Below are positions 24,846 through 37,567 of a DNA stretch of 64,000 nucleotides, piece by piece (the first letter of the stretch is position 1; each line of letters opens with the position of its first letter). The position numbers and the translations under genes are program-made. Origin of the DNA: Hydrolagus affinis. Its lineage: Eukaryota. The stretch covers positions 1-64,000 of the forward strand of contig JAAILG010001122.1 in assembly GCA_012026655.1 (NCBI GenBank). Reading direction: 5' to 3'. Under the pieces are notes generated by a model. The model saw nothing but the letters and a program-made list of their open reading frames with translations. It did no database searches and had not been told where the DNA came from.

Positions 24846-25782
24846 TGTTGGTCTCTCTATTTAAACACCTTTAACCGATGCTGTCTCTCGTCTTTTTTTG
24901 TGAGCAGAGTGTTCCACGTGTTTAAGAACGCTCCGAGAGTCAAACAAATCCTTCTCGAATTAAGTTGTAACAGTCTGAATTATTTAGGGTGCCATTATCG
25001 AGGTAACAGCAAAATTCCGAAAGGAGATGGAGAAAGTTAGGAAATAGTCAGAATTATTTTTCTTAGAGGGAGTCAGGAACACACGTCTGCTCATTCAGAA
25101 TCTGGGGGGAAAGAAATTCTCTCTCTGAAATCTCAGCTGTTATACACACAGTTATGGGAGAGCAGCTATAACCGAGGCGAATTTACAGCATTTCCTCTGC
25201 CGCGCACTCAATCTGTATTCAGCTCTGACATTCGTTTAAAATATATTCCCCGGGTGTCTGTCTGGGTTTATTCTCAGGAGAAACAATTTCCCCCCTTAAA
25301 GCTTAAAGCATTAAAGGAGAATTAGAGAAACATACAGGAACAAAGAAATTGTAGATTCATTGCACTGTAGAAATTAGGAAAATATACACTGAATTATGGC
25401 GGTGGGGAGTGAGTAATATGTCTGTAATCTACTCTCGCGGTTCAGATGACAAAGCATAAGAGCAAAGCTCAAGTAGTTTATGGATGTCGCATGAACTTGG
25501 TGATTAAATTGCAGCCGTACACTCAGTATATGCCAACTGTAATTTAAAAGTAATAGATAGTAGAGCTGAGCAAAACAAAAACACGATTAACGCGAGCAAA
25601 AAGCAGAGATAAAGTTACGTTAAATTAGAAACCATCAGAGGCGACCGAGGTGCTGTTATATCAGTCACTCGGCTGATAGGCGTGGGTTACGTGCTGCATA
25701 AACGCAAGTTGTCGGGTTTTCTGGATTTGTAAGAGAGAGTTATTTGGCAGAATTGTGACAAGGTTACAGACAAAACTTCTGT

Positions 25783-26121
25783 GGAGCTCCTGTAGCTCAG
25801 TGCTTAGAGCCCTCACTCGCCTTACAAGCGTGAGGCCTGTGTTCGAATCCAGGCAGGTCAGGGCGAAACCTTGGGCAAGTTTCCTTACACACGCGCGCCT
25901 AATAATAATCTGTCCCCCAAAATTATACAAATTGGTCATTTTCAATCCGTGACTGTTCGTGGGGGACGCTGCTGTGAGCAATTGGCTGCCGCGTTTCACC
26001 CACAAATATATATACAGTCAATTCACTTTACAGTGTATTCTGTGAAGGGCTTTGAGACGTCGATAAGATGTTAAAAAGCCGCTATATCAAATGCAGGGAT
26101 TATTATTATATTATTATTATT
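25783..26121 (+). mobile_element. tRNA/Deu SINE, full length
   Basis: All modules present; GTCGATAAGATG tail variant. Confidence 0.95.
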
Positions 26122-26405
26122 GTTTTTAAAACTATGCCGGTGCCTTTGGAGTATATTATTCTGAGAGTTTACAGATCTGATGGCACCTGCATCTCACACA
26201 GTCAGTTCAGGTTTAGCTCTCTGTGGGGATCAGGGTTCAGGTACACAGGATGAACTAGGGAATAGAAGATGGGAAAGATCTAATGTGGTACAGATGTGTC
26301 CAAGGGCTTTCAGGAAGACACCGCAGAACATCAAAGAACCGTTTGTTAATTAGCACCCTCGATATTAATATAACAAAGCAAGTTTTTTTTCCCCTCCCCG
26401 AGTTT

Positions 26406-26407
<2 letters not shown>

Positions 26408-26440
<33 letters not shown>
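26408..26440. repeat. (TG)n microsatellite
   Basis: Direct reading. Confidence 0.95.
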
Positions 26441-26446
<6 letters not shown>

Positions 26447-26479
26447 AAATGCATCACTACGAAAATCGCGAAAAACAAT

Positions 26480-27070
26480 CTTTAATGCATTTGAGCTCAT
26501 CTTTCTCATCTGGAATTTCAATTTGTTACAAAGCCAGCTGCTGCATTAGTTTGGATAATTCTGTCAGTGCAACTTTGCACTCTGTGCATGCCTGCTAAAT
26601 TTGTTAAAAGAATACCCATTGCTAATGCATCATTACATTCCCCAAGTCATCTATCTTTTAGTTCATATTAATTCTTTTTGTTTGCAACTCCCATAAATCC
26701 TCGTGCACTTAATTAATTTCAGTTACAGTGTAAGGTCTTTAATACAGAATTGTTCAACCAAATACAAAATTAATTATTCTATTTACAGCCATCTCATTGA
26801 AAGGAGCTTTTCATCTTTCATAATTACATTTTGGAAAGTTCAATTATGAATTCAAGCTAATGCTGTTTTGCATGGCATTCCTCCACACACTGTATTTTTA
26901 AATAGAGTTAGTGCTCCATATATTGCATTAGGTATCACTTGAACAGAGGTGGAGTTATGTTTATAGATACATATGTCAAATGTGTTCCCACTCAGCAGTG
27001 GAGAAAGTTTATAATTAAATGGAAGTGTTTTAATTTCTGTAACAGCACATCGCAGCTTATCTCCGAAAGA
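26480..27070. promoter_or_regulatory. Putative conserved non-coding element
   Basis: About 600 bp repeat-free AT-rich block dense in TAAT/ATTA, TTAATTAA and TAATGCAT motifs. Confidence 0.35.
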
Positions 27071-27321
27071 GAGGCTCGACAAGAGAGAGAGAGAGAGAGA
27101 CATGATTTAAATGTAATAAGGATTCTGCAAATTGCTCCCTTTTTTATTATTAATAAAATCTAGAAAGATGGATCAACAACAATAGCGCCTTGAATGTGGC
27201 GAATGGCTAATCGCAATACGTTACGACAGGCCATGAAAAGAGAAAGCCATGAAAATCTCGGGGTGTGTTACTCTCTGCTAAAGGGAGACCGTGTCATGAA
27301 TAGAATCATTTATCCCTTGTT

Positions 27322-27549
27322 CATCCCTCCAAAAAAAAACACAATAATAAGAATAAAATTGGTCATTTTCAATCCACGACTGTTTGTGTGTGGGTGGGGG
27401 ACGCTGCTGTGTGCGAATTGGCTGCCGCGTTTCGCTCTCCCACAAATATATACAGTCAATTCACTTTACAGTATATTCTGTGAAGCGCTTTGAGACGTGG
27501 ATAAGATGTGAAAAGCCGTGATATCAAACCCAAGGATTATTATTATTAT
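27322..27549 (+). mobile_element. SINE, 5'-truncated
   Basis: Core and GATAAGATGTGAAAAGCCG tail. Confidence 0.9.
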
Positions 27550-28380
27550 CGGATTTTACACAACCATCAGTTTGAGCGTCAATAAAGCTTCGGAAACTTC
27601 GCCTCAAGTTACGCAGATACACACTTGTTCTTACTTACTCGAGCTTTCTTTGAGCTGTGCTTAAATACAAGCACAGTTGCAGTTGCCCTATTGTTCTGTC
27701 AGTTGAGGCAAAGTGGAGCTCGTTCACTTTACACGTGTCAGACGGTTGATGGGTTCACGTTTTGCACCTCTCAGAAACATCTTGCGTCGAAAAAGCAAAT
27801 GCAATAATGCAGCCGGGGTGGGGGGCTCTGAATCGGAAATGATCGTAGATATAAGTCAAGTAGGAGGTGAGGCAAGTAATTCCTGGGGAATCAAGCCTCA
27901 AACAATCTCTTTTTATCATTTCCATAATTACGCAGGGCAGCGGAAATCCATAGGACAGAAACGCGAGTGTCGGTAGCGTACGCTGAAAGCCAATACTTTT
28001 GTGCCTCAATTCTATCATCCACTTTAAACACAATGATGACCTTTTTTGTCAATTGGAATTGAAAAATATTAGCAACTGATCATTGATTCCCCTCTCCGAA
28101 CCATTTAAACGTTTGAGAACGGAATCCATCCACCCGCAAAGCAGGTTGCTGGAACTGTGACTGTGACTGCGAGACCCTTTTCGGTGAAAACACAAGAGGA
28201 ATCAGACACCTTGGCCCGAGTCTCAGCCGCGGGGAACTTATTTTCAGACTTTCAGGTGTGCTGTGGCAGCCCAAATTTTTTTTTAATATTTGTTAAGCCT
28301 TTTCAGCCTGAACTGGCGATATGTTCTATTCGCTAGCGTTAATCCTGACCGCCTGCAGTGAGATTAATAATAATAAAATT

Positions 28381-28587
28381 AATAACAATAATAATCCTTG
28401 CGTTTGATACAGCGCTTTTCATGTCTTCTAGACTGTATGTTAAAGCGCTTCACAGAATATACTGTAAAGTGAATTGACTGTGTACTTGTGGGTGAAACGC
28501 GGCAGCCGATTGCGCACAGCAGCGTCCCCCACAAACAGTCGTGGGTTGAAATGACCAATTTAATTTTTTTTGTGGAGGGATTATTAT

Positions 28588-28624
<37 letters not shown>

Positions 28625-28729
28625 AGTAAAGAAACTTGCCCAAGGTTTCACCCTGACCTGCCTGGATTCGAAACACAGGTCTCACGCTTGTGCAAGGCGA
28701 GAGTGCTCTAACTGATCTACAGGAGCTCC
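28381..28729 (-). mobile_element. tRNA/Deu SINE, full length
   Basis: Reverse complement of consensus with expanded (CA)n. Confidence 0.95.
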
Positions 28730-30499
28730 TGGTTAGTTAGTCCTGGTTACCATTTATTTTTTTTGAATGGAACATCGGAGTTTGAATGTCTTATTGCATT
28801 AAAACAGGGGCAGCTGAACTAATGAACCTCCGCGAACTTATGGAACATAAGAGTTCAGAGGCAAAGTGAAGACTTGGCTCGGTTATACTGTTGTTGGTGG
28901 GGGGGGTGGGGGCGGACTTCAAAAACAATCCAGCCCCTATCTGGCTCACTCTCGCGTTCCTTCAGACTCTACCACATTTGCGTGTGAGACCCTGGATTAG
29001 CCCTCCCATCACCCCTCCACCCTTTGGATTCTCTCACTCATTTCCTCGCCGCCCCCCCCCCACCCTCCCCACCCACTTAATACATCATAAATTGTGTCAC
29101 TTAGTGTTTGAAAGGCCTCTGGTTCACTCGGCCACAAAAGGTTGTTGAGGGCAACAGAGTGACGCGCAGGTGCTGAAAGCCCCTCGCGTTCTCCCACGGC
29201 CTCACAAGCGAGTATTTATAAACGGGGACGTGGATACAATAAACAGTCGGGAGAAAACAGCTCGCAACATCTGTGCATTCCAGTCACTTACGAACACACT
29301 GTGTGTGCGATAGAATATGACACCGCTGGTCAAAATACATAAGCTCCTGTGTGGCACCCAGGCCTGTCAAGTTGACACGCTCCTCGGTAGATCGGACTGT
29401 CAGACAGAGCGCGGTTTATAAACCTCAGGGCTCTGATATGTAACTGGGGTAAGTTAGGTCGGGCGGCAATGGTGACAAACAATTTTTTTTTACAACAACA
29501 ACAACAACAACACGACATTTACAGGGCACCTTTCACGTCAGGAGGACGTCCCAAGGAGCTGGAACTCTGACTAACGCTTTGAATCATTGCTGGCACCTCT
29601 ACAGATCAAGCTTTGTTTGAAGATGTGCCTGTTGATTTGTCATGACTCTCGTTTGGCATGACTGAAGGTGCTTGCTTCAGCCTCCTACCCTCCCCTCCTC
29701 TCCCCACCCCCAGCCCCAGCCCAGCCCTCCCCACCCCACCCTCTGTTCTCTGCACTTCAGATGAAGCGCAGGGCAGATGCAACAAAAGGTTGTAAAAGTC
29801 TTTAAATCCTCCGCTTAAAATAAACACGCGAGGATTTGGTTCCTCTTAGCTGCTGTACTCTGGAATACAAATGGAATCAGTTCGATCATCGCTGCTTTTG
29901 CAAAGAAGAAAAAAAAACACTTTGCATTTTCTGATTGCAATGACAGTTATGGTGGGGTGGGGGGTTGTGGGGGTGGGGGTGGGGGTGACCATACGTATCC
30001 TGTTTAATTAACAGAAGGGCAGTCCAGTGGAGGGAAGCCAGCCCTAATAATTTTAGGGGCTTTTTCGTTCACCGCGATTTGAATCTGGAAACACATCAAT
30101 CACGGCAAGTTTTCCCGAATTTGTGACAAAGATTTAATTTTCTGTAGTTTTTTTTGGGGTGGGGGTGGGGGCGAACATCATAAAACAAGTCGTACGATCC
30201 TTAAAAAAAATGAGAAATGAGTCAGAGGGAAAAGGGCAAAGTTCGGAACTTGTTTCAAGTAATTTATCATCTTGTAAAGAACAGAGCGGAATAATAATTA
30301 CACTCTCTGCCCACACTCTGCTTTTACAATCAGCTCTGCTGGCCAGAATCCATCAATACAGATACTGTATATTGATTAATCCAATGCCTGCTCATGTCCC
30401 ACAGATGCATTGGACTCAACGGTTGAGTTGGGTGTAACCCTATCCCCGATTGATATAACAGGAATAGATTGGCAGATCGTTTACTCATCGGTTACGTCA

Positions 30500-30604
30500 T
30501 TCAGTCTTACTGTACACAGTATATTCCGCGAAGCGCTTTGAGGCGTCGATAAGGTGTGAAAAACCTCTATATCAAATGCCCGGAATTATTATTATTATTA
30601 TTTA
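30500..30604 (+). mobile_element. SINE tail fragment
   Basis: GAAGCGCTTTGAGGCGTCGATAAGGTGTGAAAA..(ATT)n. Confidence 0.85.
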
Positions 30605-31869
30605 TATTGTTATAATGCGAGTTTTGTGCGTGGGGAAGATGCGATAAGGCAATGTATTAAACACAAGGATTATTAGTACTGTAGTACAATAATAACACTC
30701 ATCATGCTTACATCTGGAGTAGAGTCTTTCGCGCCCCAAAGCACTTTGCTATAAGGATACACTGTTCAAGTATAGCGGATGTATATTTGGAGCGTAAATA
30801 TATAGTCGCAGGCTTTTAGAGCTTGTTCCCGTCTATCCGTTTCCCACCCCCACCCCCACCTCCCCACCTTGCAAAAGCTTGCAAAATCCCCTTTCCCTTA
30901 GCCCCTAAAAGGCATCCATTCTCTGATTAGCCATTGGACGCAGGCCCCCGAGAGTAACCAGGTAAAAAGCAAGCGAGCAAGTGAAAAATCATAGCATTAG
31001 TGAACAGAGATGCCGGCTTCGAAATGAATGGCCCTGGTGCTCTCTGATCGTTTGCGCTTCGAGCGAGGAGACGACGCGGTGGAGCAAAAGAAAACAGCGG
31101 GGAATGTTTGCGTTTCCATTTCCACAGCCTACAAGGATCCAAAGATTAAATTCTCATCAACAAAACCTCGTCGTGCTTTTACCAGGACATTAGCTGCAGT
31201 AAGTAATTAAGTGGGGGAGATGGTGAGGGGTTTGGGAGGGAGGAGGAGTGGGTGGGTGGGGGGAAGGAAGTTGTTATTAGCAAAGCGAGACTAGCTGTTA
31301 TACCTGTATTTAAGGTTTACATAGTTCTGCTGTGAATATTTCATGCACAAGTGAATTTACTGTGGACCCACTGCTGTTCCTGATGAGGCAGTCGGAAGTT
31401 TATTGCCAAACGCCCTGCGTGGTTCCACCAACGAACTGTATGACTAATAGCAGGGCGCTTAACCCTTTCCATAATGAATCTGGTGGCAGCCGGCAAGCGC
31501 AGTTAGCTTGGCTTATTTACATCAGTCAACGTAAGCACCGAAGCCGAGCGGGAAAGGATTCACGGCGAGAAGCAGAAGAAATCACAATGCAGTATGCATT
31601 TCCCCCAACCCCACCACCTCCACTTCCCCACCTAATTTCAACTCTAAAACAAACTCCATTAAAGTGACTAGGATCACCCCCTTTTCGCCCCGAAACTGCA
31701 ACAAAAAAAGACAAGGTCCCCGTTCTGTGCCTTCCTCATCAAACGGCTCCACACCGTCTTCACCAAGAAAGGCATTGCTGTTTGTGTTTGTGTCGAGAAC
31801 AAAATCTGTGTGGGTGCGTCACGCAAAACGAGATGGAGAACGCAGATATGTAACTACCTCAATTATGCA

Positions 31870-32015
31870 TAGTAACAGGAGGTGGCCATTCAGCCCCTCC
31901 AGCCTGTTCTGATCTGCACCTCAAGTCACAATCACCACCCCACCCTTGCCTCATACCCGTTAATACCCTGACCTGACAATCGTCTACACAAATGTCTTAG
32001 CCATTTCAACAACCT
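31870..32015 (-). mobile_element. CR1 3'-end fragment
   Basis: AACAGGAGGTGGCCATTCAGCCCCTCCAGCCTGTTC is the reversed CR1 terminus. Confidence 0.7.
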
Positions 32016-32919
32016 AGTAAATTGCAACCTGTCTCATATACCCTCACTGTCCTGGAAGTTTCACTCTCCACATCTCTAAAGGAGTCGTAATGCAATCCTC
32101 GCGTTTGACTTATCAGCGCCTTACAGTGTCTCCTGGACGTCTGGAGGGGCTTCATTGAATATCCTGTAAAGGGATACCGGGCCGTATCTATTTTGGTGAG
32201 TTGTGGTTCAAAAGAAGTTAGCTGCTTTTTGTTTTGTGTAAAAAAAAGATGGTTTCGAATTTGTGCCTCAGTGTAGACTGAGGAACAATAATAGGACTGT
32301 TCATTCCAACGCAAGGCATTTCATTGTGTGGATTGCAATGCATGCCTGATGAGGGAAAGGGGCTGTGTTCCTGCTTGCTTACTGACTTACTGACTGACTG
32401 AGTTACTCACTCACTTACTTACAAATGACACATTCAACATCTGCAGCAGCTGGGCTGTAATCCTCCCGTGAAGAATGATCTTCCTGGAGCCTCGGTAGTA
32501 CACTGCCTCTGTCATGCTAATGCTACATCTTCATCCGCACGAAAACCAGCTTGGAGGACAGAGGCTGACATCAGAGACACTCACCGGGCGCCGGTGACAG
32601 CTCGGACAATCCTAACGCAGGCGTCCGAAGCCGGCTTGCGGAGGGAGGCAGGTGCATTGTTTTCGAAGAACTCTGTTCGTTCGTTCGTCCGTTCAAAAAG
32701 CTCATTCGCTCCCAGAGTGACTTTAAGCGAACCCGTTGCGGTTGGCTGAACCCGTGTGTGTTTGCCCAGTTGTCCCAGTGTTGCCAAACTCTCTCTCCTC
32801 TTTTTGTGTTTGTCTTTTTACCGTTTTCAGATTTACTATCAGAAGCTACAGCGTAGACTGTGAAGTAATATATACCCACCCCACAAAAAAAACCCTCCAA
32901 TTCTGTTCTCAATCAGATA

Positions 32920-33012
32920 GCGAGTTCTTTTATTGAAGGAGTTAATCAATGCAGTGAAGCATCAACTGATTTGTGGGGAGTCTGTTCCATAGATCCACTA
33001 CCATGTTGTGGC
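32920..33012 (-). mobile_element. Degenerate CR1 ORF2 end fragment
   Basis: GCATCAAC..GGGGAGTCTGTTCCATAGATCCACTACC reads VVDLWNRLP on the minus strand. Confidence 0.6.
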
Positions 33013-33109
33013 ATCTCTATGTTTCTTTTTCTAGCCGTGTTTAATTAACCTGCCCACCATCAGACCAGCCATTAGCCCGAACATAAGCTTCAAACGCGGT
33101 GGAAATTAA

Positions 33110-33292
33110 ATAATAATAATAATACGGTCACTCAATACCACGGCTATTCGTGGGAACGGTCGCTCTGCGCAATTGGCTGCTGCGTTTCACCCACAAAATA
33201 TAGTCCAAATTCGCTTTAAAGTACATCCCGCGAAGCGCTTTGAGACATCTCGACGACGTGACAAGGCGCTATATTAAATTTTTGAATTATTG
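33110..33292 (+). mobile_element. SINE, 5'-truncated, diverged
   Basis: GCGCAATTGGCTGCTGCGTTTCACCCACAAAA..GAAGCGCTTTGAGAC. Confidence 0.85.
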
Positions 33293-33439
33293 GATGTTTT
33301 TGATCAGTTACATTTGTTTGTCTTGCGTTTTCAAACAGAAAACTCAAATAGCTTTGAAGACAATTTTCACGGTTAGTAGAGCAAGTTCATAGAATATTTC
33401 AGAAACCATAAGATCACAGGAATTTCATATGAAAATTGG

Positions 33440-33690
33440 TTAAGTTTCCTTACTCCACCTCCACCTGATAATAATCCCTCAAAAAAATCTATAATAAATT
33501 GGTCATTTTCAATACACGACTTTGTGGTGGACACTGCTGTGCGCAATCAGCTGCCGCGTTTCGCCCACATATATAGTTCACATAGTCAGTTCACTTTACA
33601 GTCTATTCTGTAAAGCGCTTTGAGACGTCTAGAAGACATGAAAAGCACTATATCAAATGCAAGGATTAAGTATTTTTTTATTATTATTAT
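33440..33690 (+). mobile_element. SINE, 5'-truncated
   Basis: AAGTTTCCTTACTCCAC through to tail and (ATT)n. Confidence 0.9.
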
Positions 33691-33838
33691 CCAGAGAGTA
33701 AGACAATACATATGATTGCCTACACACAGCGCTGGCTGAACACATACGTTTGCTGTGAAAAATTCATTTTAATATGCTGGAGACTAAATAAAAGTTACAA
33801 AGTCTTACTTAGCTGATAATAAAATAATAATAATAAAT

Positions 33839-33927
33839 CTTCTTTGCATTTGGTATAGCATTTTATCCTGTGGTCGAAACATCTCAAAGCGACCACATGA
33901 TAAGGTGCTATATCAAATGCAAGGAAG
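33839..33927. repeat. Inverted repeat made from a SINE tail (38-bp arms, 13-nt loop)
   Basis: Manual pairing: 33 Watson-Crick pairs, 4 G.T pairs and 1 mismatch on the + strand. Confidence 0.9.
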
Positions 33928-35743
33928 TTATATTGCAAGGAATACAGAATGTATTGAAAGGTGCAGTGATTTTGTGCATTTCCTCTTCTCCAACTCCCTT
34001 CTCTTATTTCTCACACGACTCCACTCGCAGGTGGAGGGGAATGTTTGAGCACACTTGTTTGATCCCCATTAAGCCTTAAATGTAAACTTGAATTAAGAGT
34101 GTGTGTGTGTGTGTGTGTGTGTAAATAAGGCTCCACTCGTTTCCTTTTAATTAGATTACCCTTTTCACCGCTCACTCTCTGCACTTTAGATAACCTTTAC
34201 TGCACAAAACCTCTGTAGATATATATATATATACACACACGCAATACTACTGCGAGTTGAGAACATTTTAACCCTTCCATGTCCAGCACGCTGTTGTGTT
34301 TCCACATCAACTTCTCTGCCTTTTTCCGATCTGATTTTCCTCAAACAGTTTTAGGATTAGTGGAATTTTTCCTTCTCCTCCCACCACCCCCCACAACTTC
34401 CATTCCTTCTGCCTTCCAACCCCCAATACTTGCACCCTTTACGATAATGCACTGAATATTATGTTATAATCTGCACAGAAGGAATTTTCCCTTAAGTCTT
34501 TGTGTGTGATTGTGTGTATGTGTTGTGTGTGTGTGTGGTGGGTGGTGGAAGAGAACTGGTAATAGTGCAAGTCTTCCATCACAAACTCAATATCCTTTCA
34601 GGTCCTTTGTCATAAAATCAATGTTCCTTCTGACACACAGAAGCTTGAAATAGCGATAGAAAATGGGACTGCCACAGAGTTAGAAGCCAAAAAGTACCGT
34701 CCAGAAAATTCACCATCTTTTAATCGTGTTAATATATGCTGAGAAACAGCGACTGAATAAAAAAATATTTCTATCTTCTCCTGTGTTTTGTTGGTGACGC
34801 CGTGTGAGCCCTGGTGTGTTTTTTTTTCCTTTCAAAACTTGCAAACCTTTTAAAACATCATCCTTTTTAAACCAGAATGGTTTTTAAATTTACGTACAGA
34901 GAGTTATTCGGGACTCCTCTGTGTGTATCTCAGAATGGAATTAATCCTTCAGTGCTGACATAAAGGGTTCATTAAAAATATATATTTTTTTGTCATGCAA
35001 TTTAAAGTGTGCACCAATTAACAAAGGGTTGTGAACGAGAGCAGACCGAAAAATCGGTTGCCGATACAAATTTATTTCTGTGCAAATACCTCTTACTGTA
35101 ACTGTACGTGATAGTGTCATTTACTAAAAGCGGTTCAGATATGTGTCTTCCTGGATTACATTGGGAAAACCTGAGGCGGAGGGACATCACACAAGCTGAA
35201 GGACACCGGGCTAAGCTGAACGGCGAGGGAGAGGTGATGGGATGAATTGGGAAATGCTGCAATTACATTTTCTCATTTGCTTTCACTTAACCTGCGAAAC
35301 GCAATCAATCGATCAATCAATGCGGATCAATATCTTTCCTTCGACAGCCCTGTCAACGAGGAGAGCCCTGGACTCAAAATTGGTCTGGAGCAAATCTGCT
35401 GCCAATGAAACCGGGACTTCACTTAAGAACGTGTGACCTTATCGGATCCGAACACACGGGTACACACACACACTGTTGTGTTATTAATTAGGTATCAGGT
35501 ATCACCCACAGTGCACAACTTATATAAACCTATAAACAAGGGTTGTGTGTTTCGATCATGATCCTTTGCTTTTGATATAGCGCCTTATCGCGTCCTCGAA
35601 GCGTCTCAAAAAAAGTTTCACCGTGTTTACTGACTGAAAAGAAAAGTGCACTGGCTTGTGCTATTTGCAGGCCAAAGCGGCATTAAAGTTCACCTGAGCA
35701 GGCAGGTTCATATGACTATCAGCCTGGACAATCAGCTCGAAGC

Positions 35744-36090
35744 GCAGCTCCTGTAGCTCAGTGGTTAGAGCGCTCGCCTTACAAGCGAGAGACCCGAGTT
35801 CGATTCCAAGCAGGACAGGGCGAAACCTTGGACAAGTTTCCTTACTCCACACACACACGCACACACGCCTGATAATAATCCATCAAAAGAAACAATAATA
35901 AAATCGGTCATTTCAATCTACGAACTGCTTATGGGGAGACTGCTGTGAGCAATTGGCTGCCGCATTTCGCCCACAAAATATACAGTCAATTCACTTTACA
36001 GTATATTCTGTCAAGCGCTTTGAGAACACTTTGAGTCTAGAAGGTGTGAAAAGGCACTATATCAAATGCAAGGATTATTATTATTATAAT
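35744..36090 (+). mobile_element. tRNA/Deu SINE, full length
   Basis: Head keeps the anticodon-like arm CTCGC-CTTACAA-GCGAG and B box GTTCGATTC. Confidence 0.95.
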
Positions 36091-36444
36091 AAAAGCCCAC
36101 ATTTAAATCTACAAACTTGTGACTCGTGTTTCTCTCAAACTTAGAGAGGAATCGAAGATTAAAGCAAAGCTTAACTGAAACAGACAGCGTCAGGAAGGGA
36201 GCAATGAAAGAAGGAGTTGAGGGACAGGGAGGAACATATGCTTTGTCTTATGATCGAGTTAATGATGTTTTTCAATTGAAAATAAAATACGACCAGCGGA
36301 AATTAAAGGAACTGCAAATCCCAGCCCGGGCCCCGACATGATTCAATCATAAAAATTACCACAATAACACATGGCAGAGACGAGGGGAAAATACTTTCAC
36401 ATTCCAGCCCATTGTTTTGCTGACTGAGACTAAGCCATCCATTT

Positions 36445-36685
36445 TATAATAATAATAATCCTTGCATTTGATATGGCAGCTTTTCACATCTTATCGACGT
36501 CACAAAGCGCTTCACAGAATATATACTGTAAAGTGAATTGACTGTGTGTATATATATATTATATATATATATGGTCGAAACGCAGTAGCCGAATTGCGCA
36601 CGGCGGCGTCCCCCCCTCCCACACACACAGTCGTGGATTGAAAATGACCAATTTTATTATTGTGGGTATTTTTCAGACGGATTAG
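36445..36685 (-). mobile_element. SINE, 5'-truncated
   Basis: (AAT)n, CTTTTCACATCTTATCGACGTC, core. Confidence 0.9.
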
Positions 36686-36699
36686 TCAGCAATAAAGGA

Positions 36700-36865
36700 A
36701 AATAAGAACGTAAGAATAAGGAGCAGGTGTAGGCCATTCGGCCCCTCAAGCCTGCCCCCACGCCATTCAATAAGATCGTGGCTGATCTTTTAATCTAACT
36801 CCACCTGTCCCCCCCTTATCCCCCGTATCCCCCTTAATCCCTTTATCCAGAAGAAATCTATCATT
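36700..36865 (-). mobile_element. CR1 LINE 3' end
   Basis: TAAGAACGTAAGAATAAGGAGCAGGTGTAGGCCATTCGGCCCCTCAAGCCTG..CCATTCAATAAGATCGTGGCTGATC, a typical chondrichthyan CR1 terminus. Confidence 0.85.
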
Positions 36866-37381
36866 AGGGGGTCTCTTTGCTTTTCGGAAACATTAAAGTC
36901 TTGAGCTGTTTTCCACAATGAGTAGAGGCATTTCCTGATGAGGTCTTTTTTCACACCTCAGCATGAAACACACTGCATGTGGGGCTGAATAGTCTCACAG
37001 CGGTCGCAGTCACGGAAACTGCCATTCCTCCCCCAGCCGGTGCGATGAACACCTCCCACCCCTCCCTCCGAAGAAGACATAAATCCTCGTTGTTTGAAAA
37101 GGATTGAGTCTCCCGGGGTGATCTCCAATTCATCAAGTGTTTGAGGTTACTTATTAACCTGCTCTGTGACTCCATTTTCCAGGTTCTTCATTTATTTCAG
37201 AGTTTGTTTATCTTGTTACATCCTGCTGTCTTTTTTTAAAAAAAATATATGTAAATATATATATTTATTCCTCGCTCTTTCAGAAATAGGCTGTCAATTT
37301 TCGTTCTGTTGGTGCCTCCGACGCTCTATTCCCGCACTGGACAAAGAGGCAGATTTATGTACCCTGGGTTACTTATTGGTG

Positions 37382-37567
37382 CTTCATAATTCGAAGTTTT
37401 TGTTCAGAGACTAGCGCTGGCTGATCGGTAAAAGAACAAGTAAGATAATACAACTTATTGGACATAAATCGGTGGGGCTGGTGGGTGGGGGAGTTGTATT
37501 ATCTTACTTGTTCTTTTACCGATCAGCTAGGCTCTAGTCTCTAAACCAAAGACTTCAAATTACGAAG
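37382..37567. repeat. Long inverted repeat (74/76-bp arms, 36-nt spacer)
   Basis: 37420-37455 is the exact reverse complement of 37492-37527; outer arms pair imperfectly. Confidence 0.95.

Noticed and set aside
35744-35815. tRNA gene (Val-TAC-like anticodon loop CTTACAA) here and at other SINE heads
   Set aside because: A and B boxes are present, but there is no proper acceptor stem and the sequence runs straight into the SINE body; it is a tRNA-derived head.
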